A stretch of DNA of 64,000 nucleotides from contig JAHLWZ010000191.1 of the NCBI GenBank assembly GCA_020536535.1, positions 21,975 to 85,974 of the forward strand. Reading direction: 5' to 3'. This stretch comes from Pelomyxa schiedti. Its lineage: Eukaryota; Protista; Evosea. Numbering within the stretch: the stretch's first letter is position 1; every line of letters begins with the position of its first letter. The notes beneath the pieces are model-generated. The model did no database searches. It was not told the origin of the DNA and was given only the letters and a program-made list of their open reading frames with translations. This document shows, in pieces, positions 11,850-25,027 of this stretch. A program made the position numbers and the translations under genes.

Positions 11850-14800
11850 TTACAATTTGCCGTTTTTTTCCGCAACAGCCCTTCTGAAAGCCTCTACCAG
11901 CTCAGGAACCACATTGACATCAGTCAAAGTAGACAAATCACCCAGAGTGTCCAAAGCCAAATGTCCATCTTCCTCATTTGGGGTCTCACACTGCAGTCCA
12001 CGTCCTGAAGATGAGACCCCACCCCCACATTGTATTGCTATGTTGCGGAGCAAACGCCTCATGGTTTTGCCTGAGCGGGTCTTTGGGAGTCTGTTGGTAA
12101 TCACCACGGTGTCAGGTGTGGCCAGAGCGCCCACTCTCAGCCGGACTTCGGACTTGAGAGACTGAAGAAGCTCTGGGGTGGACATCTCCCCCATTCGGAG
12201 TGTGCAGAACACCACAATGCTCTCTCTGATTGAATGAGAGTGGAGTTAGCTTGTTTGTTTGTTTTGTTTTGTTTTGTTTTGTTTTGTTTTGTTTTGTTTT
12301 GTTTTGTTTTGTTTTGTTTTGTTTTGTTTTGTTTTGTTTTGTTTTGTTTTGTTTTGTTTTGTTTTGTTTTGNNNNNNNNNNNNNNNNNNNNNNNNNNNNN
12401 NNNNNNNNNNNNNNNNNNNNNNNNNNNNNNNNNNNNNNNNNNNNNNNNNNNNNNNNNNNNNNNNNNNNNNNTTTGTTTTGTTTTGTTTTGTTTTGTTTTG
12501 TTTTGTTTTGTTTTGTTTTGTTTTGTTTTGTTTTGTTTTGTTTTGTTTTGTTTTGTTTTGTTTTGTTTTGTTTTGTTTTGTTTTGTTTTGTTGTATTAAT
12601 AGGGAGTATTTTATGGGTTCGTTTATCTTCGGAGTGGGAGTGCACACCCTTTGTGTGGATTTGGAATTCCAACAGCGGCGGCCTCGAGAATTGAGGGACT
12701 GTTAAGCAGTGCATTTTCCACATCAGTGGAGCCAACACGCCTACCAGAGACGTTGATGAGGTCTTCAACTCTTCCCATTACAAAGTAATAGCCATCTTTG
12801 TCTCGAATCACCCAGTCTCCGGTAAGATAGTAGCCTAGATTTTTCCTCAACAATAGTGATCAAAGAAGGCTGGATACCTGGATATCGAGAGAAATACTTC
12901 TCAAGGAACTCGGCGTGATTCCCAAAAATGGTTTTGGCTGTCCCAGGCCAGGGATTCTTGATCGCTAGGAGGCCTTGTACATCGTTTCTATGGTACTCCA
13001 CACCAGTAACGGGATCCAAAACCACAGCCATAATGCCAAAGAATGGCATTCCACAAGAACCCACCTTCAAACTTGAACAACCTGGTATTGGGGACAGTAA
13101 CACTCCTGTTTGAGTACTTAACGATGGCTCATTTGGTTCATAGTTGAAGTACCTCCTGACTCTGTTTGCCAGTAAGTATCTGCTAAAATACACCTCCTGT
13201 CTCCCACTTCCTCAAAGAACCATTTCCAGGCGTCCGGGTTCAAACATTCCCCTACTGAAGACATTATACGCAAGGATGAACGGTCATGTGGTTTAAGGTG
13301 ATCAGAACTGTATCTCATCAGTGATCTGATTGCTGCAAATGCACAATCAGTTTAACCAGGAGATGAATATTGTACCAACTGGTGAGGTGTAGAAATGGGT
13401 GAATCGATGTCGTTGGCACATTTCCCAGTATCTCGAAGGTGTCGGATACATAGGAGTTCCTTGGAACAAAAAAGTGGTGCAACCCAGCGAAAGAGGACCG
13501 TACACCATGTACGTATGCCCAGTGATCCATCTGTATTCAAGTAAGAAAAAGCACAGAGTCTGTGGGATGACTCAACCCAACATCAACGACAGCAGCAAAT
13601 AGATCCCCCTGGCGCAAGTCAAAGGCCAAGGCAGTAGTTGCTGCAGCATAGAGTAGATAACCAGCTGTGGAATGCACGAGACCCTTCGGAACACCTGTAG
13701 AACCAGATGTGTAGAGCACAAAGAGGCTATCACCGCTATCCATCCATTCACATGGACATGGTTGGGAATAAAGTGGTTCGTTAAGTACAGATTCATCAAT
13801 TGCACTTAAAAAGGAATCAGGAGGTTTCAAAAGGAATACGAAATCTGTACTCACAATTCCATTCCATTTGTATATGCTGGACTAGTGCCCAAATTAGAAG
13901 GTGTTGCTGGGCAAGTTTCACTATTTTTAAATACCAAGACTTTTGAGAGGCACGGGCAACGCCGTACTACTTCATCCACCACCCTCTTCAAATGAAAGAT
14001 GCGGCCAGCTTTTGTGGTGCACTCAACAGTCAGTATTGTTTTTGAGGAACAATTGGTGACTCTGGACACAAGTTCATCTGCACCAAACCCAAAAAATACG
14101 ACACTGTGAACAGTTAATTGAGTAAATGAAAGGAACTTGGTACTTGCCTGTGAATTGCACCAATTCTTGCACAGGCAAGCATTGAGATAATCGCCTCGGG
14201 GCAATTCGTCATGAATATCGTTACTACGTCACCTTTACTAACACCAACGCTCTTGAGTATATTTGCAACTGCACAGACTTGCTTATGCAGCTGCTTGAAC
14301 GTAATATGACAAACTTGAGTTGGTTGGTCTCCTTCCCATATTACTGCAAGCTATCAAGGGAAAATGTTGAGAAATAGAAAGATGAGTGACTGATAGAGTA
14401 ACCTGATTGCCTTTGTCAGGTAACCAGCGATCCAAGCAGTTGTAGCACGCATTGAGTTTTCCCCCACGGAACCAAGACACTTCCTCATCAAAAAATGTAC
14501 TGCAAGGAAATGAGCATTAGGATAAAAAAAAAAAAAAACCTACCCTTGTCTTGTGGAAGTGAAAGGTTTAAACCAGTGTAGGTATTGGGAACCCAGCTAA
14601 AGGAAGTTAGTAACACATTAATATGATTTCAAGTAATGCAACCTCGGCCCAATACCTATCAGGTTCCCTAATGCTATCCGCGAAAATCTATATTAACACC
14701 ATCAGCATGAGCCAAATAGGTTAACCATACCCGCTGGTATTCCTCAGGAGATGGAATCCTGCTTGCCTCAGTACATCTACTAGGCACATCGTAAACGCCA

Positions 14801-15357
14801 GAAATAGCATCTGTCGCACAAGAAGGCGAGGACGACGCAGACGACGAAGCAGAAGACGAAGAAAACGGGATTGGCTTTGCGGAATTAGGGCCCCCCATTC
14901 CCCTCTGAGGAGCCCTTGGTGACCGCGGGGAGTTCACAGGGGTCCTGGGCGAGTGGGTCCGCGGGGAGGGGGCGACGTTGATGCCGCCGCCGCCCCCGCC
15001 ACCAGAGGCCAGAGAGAGCGAGAGGAGCAGGGGGGGCGGGGAGGCGAATATGGGGCCGCCCGGGGGGCACGTGCAGAAGCTGGGGGACGTGGGGGTGGTG
15101 CGGCCGCCGAGGTCCAGGTGGCGCGGGGACAGAGAGGGCGAGGGCGAGGTGAGAGGCGGAGGCGGGTAGTAAGAAGATGGGGAGGCGTGGGGTTGCTGGG
15201 TGCTGCTGCTGGATGCGTTGGGCCAGAGGGCAAAGTTGGGGGGCCACAGGCAAGGGGGTGTCAGTGGGGGCCGGGGCGTTGGCGGGCTCTGGGGCGAAGC
15301 TGGGGAACCGCCCGTGGCGGGCGACGGGGGCGAGGGGGCCGAGAAAAGCAGTGACAT
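11850..15357 (-). CDS. ACS: Acetyl-CoA synthetase (AMP-forming) with long P/S-rich N-terminal extension
   Basis: SWFRGGKLNACYNCLDR; MLACARIGAIHSVVF; YTSGSTGVPKG; DTYWQTESG; YYLTGD; RVEDLINVSG; LPKTRSGKTMRRLLR. Start (MSLLFS, 15357) is a best guess. Confidence 0.92.
12261..12590. repeat. (GTTTT)n pentanucleotide microsatellite inside an ACS intron, spanning an assembly gap
   Basis: Perfect GTTTT array on both sides of a 100-N gap (12372-12471); flanking ACS exons join as GIPNPHKG|ESIVVFCTL. Confidence 0.97.
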
Positions 15358-15712
15358 ACAGCGTGTGTTGGAGGAGAGTGCGAGGGGAGGGGAAGTGGGT
15401 TTGGAGAATTGGGAAGATTGGAGCTGAGGCAAGGACGTAATAAGGTATTTGGTGTTTAGTGCAGGTTGAGGTGCTGTTGTTCAAATTATTTCTTTTTTTT
15501 GTTTGTTTTGTTTGGTTGGTTGTTTTCCGTTGAGTTGTCTTGATTTACAGGGTTTCGTCGGTACTGAAGCGGCAAGTTGTGTTTTTCGGCACGGTGCCGA
15601 AAATGTTTCATGAAGTTGACGAATCTACCGCCTCTTTCGCGACGTCTAATCGGGGAAAGTGCACCTTCAATTGATTTCGTGGTTGGAAAATTTTGGGGTG
15701 TTATTGGTAAAG

Positions 15713-17294
15713 TCATGAACTATCTGGTGCTGAGTGCGAGTCAGTGTCAGAATTTGAGGACACTGAGGAATCGCTACTACTAGATGTCCTTGCATGCTTT
15801 CTCTTGTTGGTCTTGGTGTGGTGTGATAGAAACTTGTCAAGGAGGTAGGGGTCTTGCTCTATCACAAGTTTTTCAAGTGACTCTGTTGTTGGTTTTGGTT
15901 TTGGTGTTGGTGCTGAGGAAGATACAGGTGTTGTAGGGTGGTATTTTGAAGAACTCTGGGGTGTGCCAACCCTATTGGGAGAATGACTTTGTTTGTGTGC
16001 TGATTTGTAGCTGGTGCCAGTCTTGGTGTGGGAGTGTTTTTGATGGTGTGTGTGAGAGTGTGAGATTTTCTTGTGCTTATTCGTATCAGATGACGGCTTT
16101 GATGTGACTTCCTCTTCCACATTTTGAGGGGATGGTGAATGTGTTTGTGCTGAAGGAAGCAAGGGTAGGCCTAGGTCCCTTCTGATGGACATTTCTTCAT
16201 CTTGGATTTTTTCCCGCTTCATATCTTTGTAAAGAATTAGTTTCTTCCGTTGTTGCTGCTTCCACCCCTCAAGTTGATCAGCAGCAAATAATTCACATTG
16301 TACTGAGACGCGTGCTTCTAGTTCTTGCATACTAACAGCTGTATCCTGGTTGCTAGTTAGCCTGATTTGTCTTGTGGAAAGGGAGAAACCATAATTTGTT
16401 TTCTCATTAAGTCAACAGCCTTACATATCCGGGGCAATGCCTGAAGTTCTTGATGGAGCTTGTGCAATTCGATAACCTCAGTTTTTGTCCGGTCCATTAG
16501 TATTGGAGCTTTGCTTTCTGCTTGAGCTACGCGACGCCCAATTCGGAGATGGTTCTTCCGTATTCCTGTTATCTTGAGAGAGGTCACACATCATACAAGG
16601 TGGGAGTAACTTACCATAACACTGTAATTGTTAAGGAGGTCTCGGCCAGCAAAATAATTTATGCCACAAAGCAAGTCATCAGGAATAGTAAGAGGAACAG
16701 GAGTGGTTTCCAATAATTGTCCAATAGCACCTATGCGAAAAGAGCAACAACGAAATTAAAATGCAGTAAGATAGAATGACGATGCAACTCACTCAAGGAG
16801 AAAATGTCTTTGAAAAATGGTGTGGAATCATTGGATTTCCTGCTTGTGCTTGGCAGAGCCATCAATGGTTGGGGAGCAATTTTTACTGTAGGAGCTGTTG
16901 GCTCCGCGACCAACTTGGGGGTGCCGATAGCATGGACTTGGCGTTTCTGTTGATGTTTCTCGTTGGTGGAGGGGGCTCTTTCGTGACCCACAATTGGTTC
17001 TTGCTTTGATTGGGTGGAGGTGGCAGTACTTCCACCAGTCGTCGGCGATGTGTGCAACCCGCGGTTGTGGGTGGCGGGAGAGGTCTTGGCTGGGGTAGGG
17101 ATTATGGGAGCCCGCCGTGGGTCCGCCCACGGTGTTGCCCCAGTACCAGACAAAGGGGACATCGACGACATTGTGGGTTGGGGCTGCAGCATTGTATCTG
17201 TAGCGAGCTGGTCAAGAGCTTGCGACATAGCATCACCAGCCTTGTCGAGTGCACTGTTTGCTGTGGCTTTCAGGAAAGAAAAAAACTTGCTCAT
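15713..17294 (-). CDS. Dysbindin (BLOC-1 subunit)-like coiled-coil protein
   Basis: INYFAGRDLLNNY..TEVIELHKLHQELQALPRI..QCELFAADQLEGWKQQQRKKLILYKDMKREK parallels recalled dysbindin KYSAGLELLSRY..LVELQEQLQQLPALI..QCELERCKHMQSQQLENYKKNKRKE. Confidence 0.55.
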
Positions 17295-17381
17295 GGGCCT
17301 TGCCTGGTTTTGTTGGAAAAAAAAGAAGATTATGATGATCATTCTTCATCAATCACGACCGTGTTTCTGAGAAAGCGATCA

Positions 17382-17774
17382 TTACTCAGACAAAAGGGTC
17401 TCGACCAACTTGGGGTCGGTGCACTCGGCCTCCACGAGCCTGCCTACTTCGGCGCCGTGGACGAACCTGACAAGCGTGGGTATTCTCTGGAGCCGCAGTT
17501 TGCTCTTGCGATACGCGTTCGCGGGGTCGCGCCACTGCTCGCGCGTGGCGATCTCGCAGACGTAGACGACGACGCGCCCAGAGGCCATAGCCGCACCTAG
17601 AATGCGGTCGACCGTGGCGTGGAGCACCGAGTCGGCCGCGGCGCAGTCTGGGCACCACATCGACCCGGTGGCGGCGTCCAGGCCCGAGACGAACACGAAG
17701 ACTGCGTCCCGTCTGTTGGCAACTACGTCGGCCAGTTTCGCCACGCCTTCCTCTGCGGTGTTGCACCTCTGCAT
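17382..17774 (-). CDS. TXNDC17: Thioredoxin domain-containing protein 17 (TRP14/DUF953), intronless
   Basis: 130 aa with WCPDC active site, QWRDPANAYR and IPTLVR motifs. Confidence 0.9.
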   Translation of the reverse strand: MQRCNTAEEGVAKLADVVANRRDAVFVFVSGLDAATGSMWCPDCAAADSVLHATVDRILGAAMASGRVVVYVCEIATREQWRDPANAYRKSKLRLQRIPTLVRFVHGAEVGRLVEAECTDPKLVETLLSE

Positions 17775-18066
17775 TCAAATTTGTGTTGTGTTTGGAAAAA
17801 TATGATGAAACGACACATCACTTCTCCGAACACAATCTCCAGAGAGATTGACGAAATTCTATCGAGAACATTTCTAGAGACAGCAATGTAGTATCTTCCG
17901 ACTCCCGGGCATTCCTCTCTGTCTCCATGGTGACCAATGCCCGTGGGAATAAAAAGGCAACAACCGACTCTGCGGCAGTTTGTTTCTTCCATTATTTCCG
18001 GCGTGCCGCTGTTAGCTTTATTTTTATTTTATTTTATTTTCTTTTTTTTTTTTTATTGTATCGTGC

Positions 18067-19395
18067 ATGCACAAAAGGAACACAACCAACGGCAAACACC
18101 ACAGCGGGGCATCCTCCAGCGGCAGCCTACTTTCGCCCCTCATCAACGCAATAACCTCACCCCTGTCTGCACTCTCGCCAAACTCGTCGGGAACGTCGGC
18201 CGCTAGGCACCAGCACCACCCTCACAGGTCCAGGAGCCCAGGCTCGGGTTCGCAGAGGGGAAGCTCGGGCCCGGCGTCCCATAATGCCATCGGGAGCAAC
18301 GCCAACCTGCTCAGGGTCCCCGTAGTGGCCTCGCCCCACATGGCGTGCTACCCGCCGCAGTACGCCCAGTTCGCGGCCTTCCAGCAGCAGCAACAGATCC
18401 AGATGCAACAACAGGCTCAGTACCTGGTACCTGGGGCTCAGTTGACTCAGTTCGGCATGGCCCCTGCTTCGGGGGCCACGGCGACCATCCCGCAGTTCGG
18501 TATTATGGGCATTCCCCAGCAACAGATGCAATTGCAAATGCAGCCCCAAGCTCTTTACACAGGGAGTCCTCAGTACTCCATGGTCCCCCACCCAACGGCA
18601 ATGATGACGGGATTTGGCGGTTCCCCTACGGGGGGCCCCAACCCACAATTCACTATCACGCCCTCGCCTACTCCCGCGCCACCGGCGGCGACGATGTTTG
18701 CGCCTCCCCAGATTGGCCAAATGGGACCAGTTCAGCCATTCTCGGGTGCCCCGATTGGGAACCTCGGCCGTTTTACGCTAACGCAACCCACCCCTCAAAT
18801 TACAGTAACCCCACCCCCTGCTGATACTAATGTTTCATGGTCTGGAAGTGGGACTGTTGGTGTTGGTATCAATGGAATTGGAAAGCAGCATAATCAGCAC
18901 TCTCAGCCACAACCTCCGAGTTATCTTGCCACCAGCGAGTTTGACAGCGATGACAGTGCCTCATCCTATGATTGCAGCAGTGACACAATGTCTCCCACTG
19001 GCGCATCCCCAACGAATTTCGATGAGCAGAGCCCTGGAACGACACCACCAAATCCGGAGGTTCAGATGACTGACCATATGCCCACGAAGAATGTAACCCC
19101 GCGCCAACCTCCACCCTATCCCTCTGTAACTGCGCCTCCTAACCAGTCACAGCCTGCGTCCTATGTAAATCAACAGCTTCTGGTTCAACAACTTCAATTT
19201 CAACTTGATCAACAAGAAATGCAAATTCAGCAAATGAAACAGCAACTTCAACAGCACAAACAAGATATTTCCGCTCAATTTCAACAAAGTCCACAACCAC
19301 AGCAACATTTTGGTCACCAGTGTCAAAACACACAACAGCAACAATTTTTTCAGCAGCAGCAGCAGCAACAACAACAACAGCTCCAACACCAACAC

Positions 19396-19441
<46 letters not shown>

Positions 19442-22400
19442 TCCAGCACCAACAACCACAACCACAACCACAATCACAACCACAACCCGCACACCCACAC
19501 TTGCAGCAACACCAACCACTTTTACAACAAAACCAACAACAAGCTCAGCAAACAACTCAAAGCACAGACAGGCAGATGGAAGCAAGACACACAGCGCAAG
19601 AAGGGGCCCCACTTCCTACACCCTATAGTAGTTACTTTTCGTTACGAATTTTATTCTCAATGTAATTAGCACATCGTACGAGATTATTCCAGCGTTTGGG
19701 GATGTGGAGACACTATCCTCCGTTGTACTACACTCGAATTGGCAGCTCAAATTTACTACTCTCACAGTCTTCCAATGAGGTACTGCTCAAATTAACACCT
19801 AAATTCACACTAAAAAACCAATAGGAAAACTGTAGTGAGAAAAAGTTGCCTTCTCTCTTTTGTGAACCGATCACCATCAATATTTATACTTCCTTTTCCT
19901 CCCTCTTCTTTCAGGTACCAGAAAAAAATAAATAAAAAAAGGTATAACGTTAACTTAATCATCAGACACCTGACACTAATTCTATCCGAGTTTATACGAC
20001 ATCATTCAGTGCAGTGGCACCTAGTAGTACCCTCCCTCTATCTCCAACGCCGCTCGTGTATGTTGTTAATAAGGACTTGTGGTTTGGCAAGTTCCAGGTA
20101 CTGCCTTGGAACTTCCTTTTCTTTCTAATCTGTAAGTAGATTCACAATGCCATCTGGGCTGAATCACGTGGATTAGTTAAGGTTTCTTGGTTGCCAGAGA
20201 CAAATTTATTTGACTCTTCTCTAGTCAAGGTAACAAGGTCATACATCTCTCATAACTAAAACCTTTTATAGCCACTTGCTGGGGAGCTTATATTCGCTTC
20301 TGACATGAATTCATTCCAAGGTGTATGCTATTTCCCTAGATTGGATTCTACAACTATCCTTACTGTATGGGGTGTTAAGGTATCCAATCCTATTTCCTAG
20401 GTTTTTATTAAAAAAAAAAAAAAAAACAAGCAAGTGCACTCGGCACCAGAAATCTATAACTACACACTAAATCGCAGAATGTCCGGTATTTTAGCAATTG
20501 TTAATCAAAAGATATTCTTTGGGAATATGCAGGTTTCTTTTCCCCGTAAGAAATCTTCTCCAAACAAAACTTCAAGGTTGTCAATCCTTCCTGGTATGTT
20601 ACACCAAACGGAGAAAAAGCTGTTTCATGGTCTTCAGGGCCAGAGCACAATAGTACAATGGTATTTCCAAACCCTTGAAACTACATCTTCTAATTAGAAG
20701 TAGCCTTCAGGTGCTGATCTCATTTTCTCTAATGATAAAACATTACGAGGGACCTGCTCATTTGATGGCAACCATACCTCCCTACATGTTTCAGGGTCTC
20801 TTCGAGAGCCTGTAGTTTTGAAGCATTGTTAAAAAAAAATTAAACGCAAAGTAGGGTGATATAAGCATAGAAGAAATATGTGAAATTCTCCAATCCATGT
20901 TAAGTGAACCACCTCTCAGACAAAACGTAGACTCTATGTTTGCTGATATGGTATATATTGGTTATGGTATTTGGATTTTGCTAATGACAATTCTGTGTTC
21001 CTAGGAACGAAGCCATAAGTACTACGAATTCACAACAAAAATTAACGATTCACCTGGTTGTCCCTTGTTTCTTGTACAACAGGAAATATGGTTCAACCAA
21101 GTTCAAGTAATATCAAACGGTTTTTCCAACTCTCACACTACAACAGGTCAACCGAATTACATGGCAGTCTGTACCGCAGGGAACGCGTGTTGTATGGTAC
21201 CCTAATGACAACTTTATCGACTGCATATTGGATGGAAAAGTTGAAAAAGTTATTTCCATTCCCCACTCTATGTTGTTCCAACTGTCTTCACAAAACAGCC
21301 TCTTGCTGCTGACATCATCTTCAGTTCTGATATGAATCGTTTTTATGGAACTTGTCAAATGACCTCGGGTGGCCCTGTTCTTTCTTTTACAGGGTCAGTC
21401 ACAACAGAGGTACAGTAAAAATCTAGCTCATTCACGCTCTGAAATCAAACAATCAGAATTTGGTTACACCGTCGAATATTGCTCCCCGACTTCATGCTCT
21501 ACTTAAGACCCCATTAGAAAGAAAATCTTTCATCTCTAATCTTTTGACAATCGTACTTTCCCACCTCTCAATTGACGTTTTGATGCACTAACTTATTGTA
21601 GTCAGGAGCAAAGGAGCCATCTTTAGAAGTTGTGGGACTATTTTGTGACGAGGATCATAATGTTTGCTTCGAGCTTCCCTTTAAAACAATCAATTCGAAC
21701 ACCTATACATTGTCGATAGCACCAGGTATGAACCGAAATAATAGTAACGTGTTCCTAAGTGTTGTACAGAACAATTGAAATTACCAATCACTGGCAGTCC
21801 TCCCCGCACTCACAACATTCATGCCATAATTATTGCAGGCTTTTGTACAACAGGTATCTCCACCATCAGGTAAGAGAAATAACAAATATTAGGGTCTTTC
21901 AGTAACTGCATAAGTCTTCGTTTGGTTTGTTCGTCTGGAAGGAAAAACCCCTCAGTTGGGGGTGACGGTGTACTTCTGGACTGGGATGTTGATTGCAGTG
22001 GGAGTCATACAGGATTTCTCCCTGTAGTTTTATATGAACCCCGAATCGGGACATCCCCATCTCAATGGGCAATAAAAGTGTGCAGTAGAATTATAACACA
22101 ATTAGGTTCACTTACCACCTTGTAGAGGCTTGCCTGCTCTGATAATGGTATACCATGGACAGATCCCCGATCTCAAGTAAAGTTATCGCTGGCTGAAATT
22201 CTACCCTTGCCCCAGTCCCTTCACAAGCTTCTTATTATAAGGGTATACACTCCTATTTAATTATCCCATTCAACCAAAATAAAAGATAATATCGATATCG
22301 AGTTCCCTGAAAGATAATTCTGCACTGTATGTATTGAGCTAACTGCTTATTCCTATCATGCACATCTTGACCTACCCCTAGATTTGTCGAGTTGTGCTAC

Positions 22401-23091
22401 GGTTCCAACAAGTCCACAACCAAATTCTCCATGTAGTCTTCACTCACTTCATATATTCCGATGTACTTATGCACATAATAGGTCCAAAGAAGGGAAGAGT
22501 GTTTTCAACACTACTCTAGTTGTTCCTTACCAAAAAGGAGCCGTTCTTCGGTTTCTAGTCAAACTTAGAAGTAACTCCTGGAATCCAACAACCCCCACGA
22601 CAACAACCACCAGTAACAGCAGCGGCACCGGCAGCGATTCCAACACTCCACCCCCACCACAATCACAACAACAACAACAACAACCACTGCCACTACAGCT
22701 GCAACAACAAACACAACAGCCCCCCATGGCATCCTCCCCACCACTGTCATCCTCACCTTCCTGCATGGACTTTGGTGAAGTCTGCATCAACCCAGAGAAC
22801 CCGGTGTACTTTGACAGTGGAACTGGGGTAACGAGCACAAGCCCAACCACGCCAACGAATTCACCGAGAACGCCCAGGACTGCCTCGCCAATGTCAAGCC
22901 TGAGGAGTGACACTGAGGATGAGGAGGATGAGGACTCACTGCTGACACCATTGATTGTGGAGCCAGAGACTGACTACACAATCATAAACAAGAAGATAAG
23001 TCCTGCCGGGGAGAAGGTCAACACAATCGTGGGTGTAATGCGAATCTCAGCCTACATGGCCTACAGTAAAGTAAAGGACAAAGTTCTATGA
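18067..23091 (+). CDS. Large Q/P-rich protein with unassigned beta-rich middle and C-terminal C2 domain
   Basis: 532-aa Q-rich first exon; chain of short exons 19670-22250; C-terminal SALFVELCYGSNKSTTK..SVFNTTLVVPYQKGAVLRFLV..DFGEVCI..VGVMRISAY is C2-like. Could be two genes. Confidence 0.45.
19340..19500 (+). repeat. CAG/CAA poly-Q coding repeat
   Basis: (CAACAG)n and (CAA)n runs inside ORF 18067-19665. Confidence 0.9.
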
Positions 23092-23249
23092 TCTTACTGG
23101 TTTTTTCGTGTGGACCAGACTTTTTTACAACAAGAACAAAGTTGTCGAGGATGTTCCCTGTTAAAACTTGTGTTGTTGTGCAACACAGGTGAAACCACAA
23201 GGGTATGCTGTAGTGAGTGTTGGTGTGTTATGGTTATTTCAAGCTTGAT

Positions 23250-25027
23250 GTTTAGCCACCTGAAACCACTCCGTCCGTTACAACCGACAACACCTCGTTC
23301 TTCTCTCATCACAGTTATTTCTGTTGTTTATCTCGTCGTCTTTTGTGTTGGTAGATTCTACCGGTTCTACCTCTTCTGCTATTGGGGTACTATTTAGTCT
23401 TTGGGGTGACCTGGCATTGACCCCAGGACAGCTGATGTGGCTCATTGTGAGGCAATATACTGAAGAGGGGTACTTGGTTGCTGTGAGCCTTCCAGATATG
23501 AGGACTAAATGGCTATATTGGTTTTTCACTTGGTACAGTGATGATGTTGATGGAATCTTTGCTCCTCCATCACTTTGTCCTGAAAGGTTCCTTTCAGAAA
23601 GATAACGTATTCCTCAAGCCCTCATAGCGAGTGGAATAGCACCGCATGCGCTCCTGTTATTCTTGGGCTATACGGGAGACCTATTGCATTAAATCCCTGG
23701 AATGGAACAACCATTTGGGAAAAGGAAAGTATTCCAGGCTACTATGCAGTTGAGTTTGCTGTATCTGACGATGCGGTCTACATTCTGTGGTGCCTAAATG
23801 GAATGACTACCAATCTTCTTGAATCTATCGATATACACACTGGAAACACAAAGTGGAACTTGACACTTATTGGCGGGGATATGAGGTATATATTACACTC
23901 TACCGTCCCTCCTCAACTTCGTGCAGCTCTCTACTTGTTGAAAATGAGATAATTTATCTGAGTCAGCGGGTAGAACCCTATGACCTTGGACACAATGAGC
24001 CTACCCATGGATCTGTGGCCTACATTGATTCTAAAAAGGGAGTTCTCCTTGGGACTTCTTATCCTGGTGCAGTCCTCGCCATTGCGGTATTGGTTTTGTT
24101 CATTCTAATTAATTCATCTATCATCAAGGATTTGGATGATGGCCCTTCATCATTTATTTTGGTCAATGATACTTCTATAATACTTTTCCCATCTGTTTAC
24201 GAACTAGATAATCCTGCTTGGTCTGTTGATGCACCATTCACGAACGAACAGATATTTGATAGCTGCATCTACCTTACAAACGGAGAGGGAGTTCTGTATG
24301 TTGCATGGATGGACTCTGTATGGGAGGATCCCTTGTTATACATCGGAGCATGGAGATTTTCGGATGGAGCTCACATGTGGACTTTCTCTGCCGGCAGGGT
24401 TCCTTTTGCATACCATGTACACCTGAACTTGGTGCGTCAGTTTTCCGGATACAAGGACCAACTACACGTTCAACTTGGAGTCACACTCCCTTCAGAACTA
24501 GGTTGTTTCTTTACAAGACGAAGTGACAATTATTCCTTACTGGGCTTCAGCTGACACTCTAGAGTTCTTCTTCATTTCGTGCTGCAGTGACCACGGTGAC
24601 TGCCTTGAGAACCAGATGTGTGATTGCGATGAAAACTACTTTGCACCAGACTGCAGCGTTTTTTGCGACATCCAGCTTTGTTCATCACTCCCCATGCATA
24701 CTTGTTCAAGTTAGAAACCCCAAATCACATATTCCGGTACCTTTTGAGTAACCCAATTCAGGTCAGGGTTGTATCTGTGTCAGGTCAGGGTTGGATTGGG
24801 TTTTGGTTGCTGCCTTTGGGCTTTTGACTGATGATGTGAGATGGATGGCTTTGAGCTTGTGTTGTTTCTGGATGAAGATGTTGGGGGAGGTTGACCAAAG
24901 CATTTGTGGTCAGCCTCCCATTTTTCGCGAGATTGACTTTGAAATTTACCCATACCTTTTTATACCGCTGGTACATCAATCATCATCTACTTGGTGGTAT
25001 CTCGTAGATATTACAGTCACAGAGTGA
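23250..25027 (+). CDS. Probable secreted/membrane protein with PQQ-like beta-propeller and EGF-like Cys repeats
   Basis: Repeated A(V/L)x..G..xW units (LVAVSLPDMRTKW, IALNPWNGTTIW, ESIDIHTGNTK, WRFSDGAHMW); CSDHGDCLENQMCDCDENYFAPDCS EGF motif. Ends uncertain. Confidence 0.45.

Noticed and set aside
12230-12768. ORFs of FCFVL/KQNKT repeats
   Set aside because: Translations of the intronic (GTTTT)n microsatellite across an N gap.
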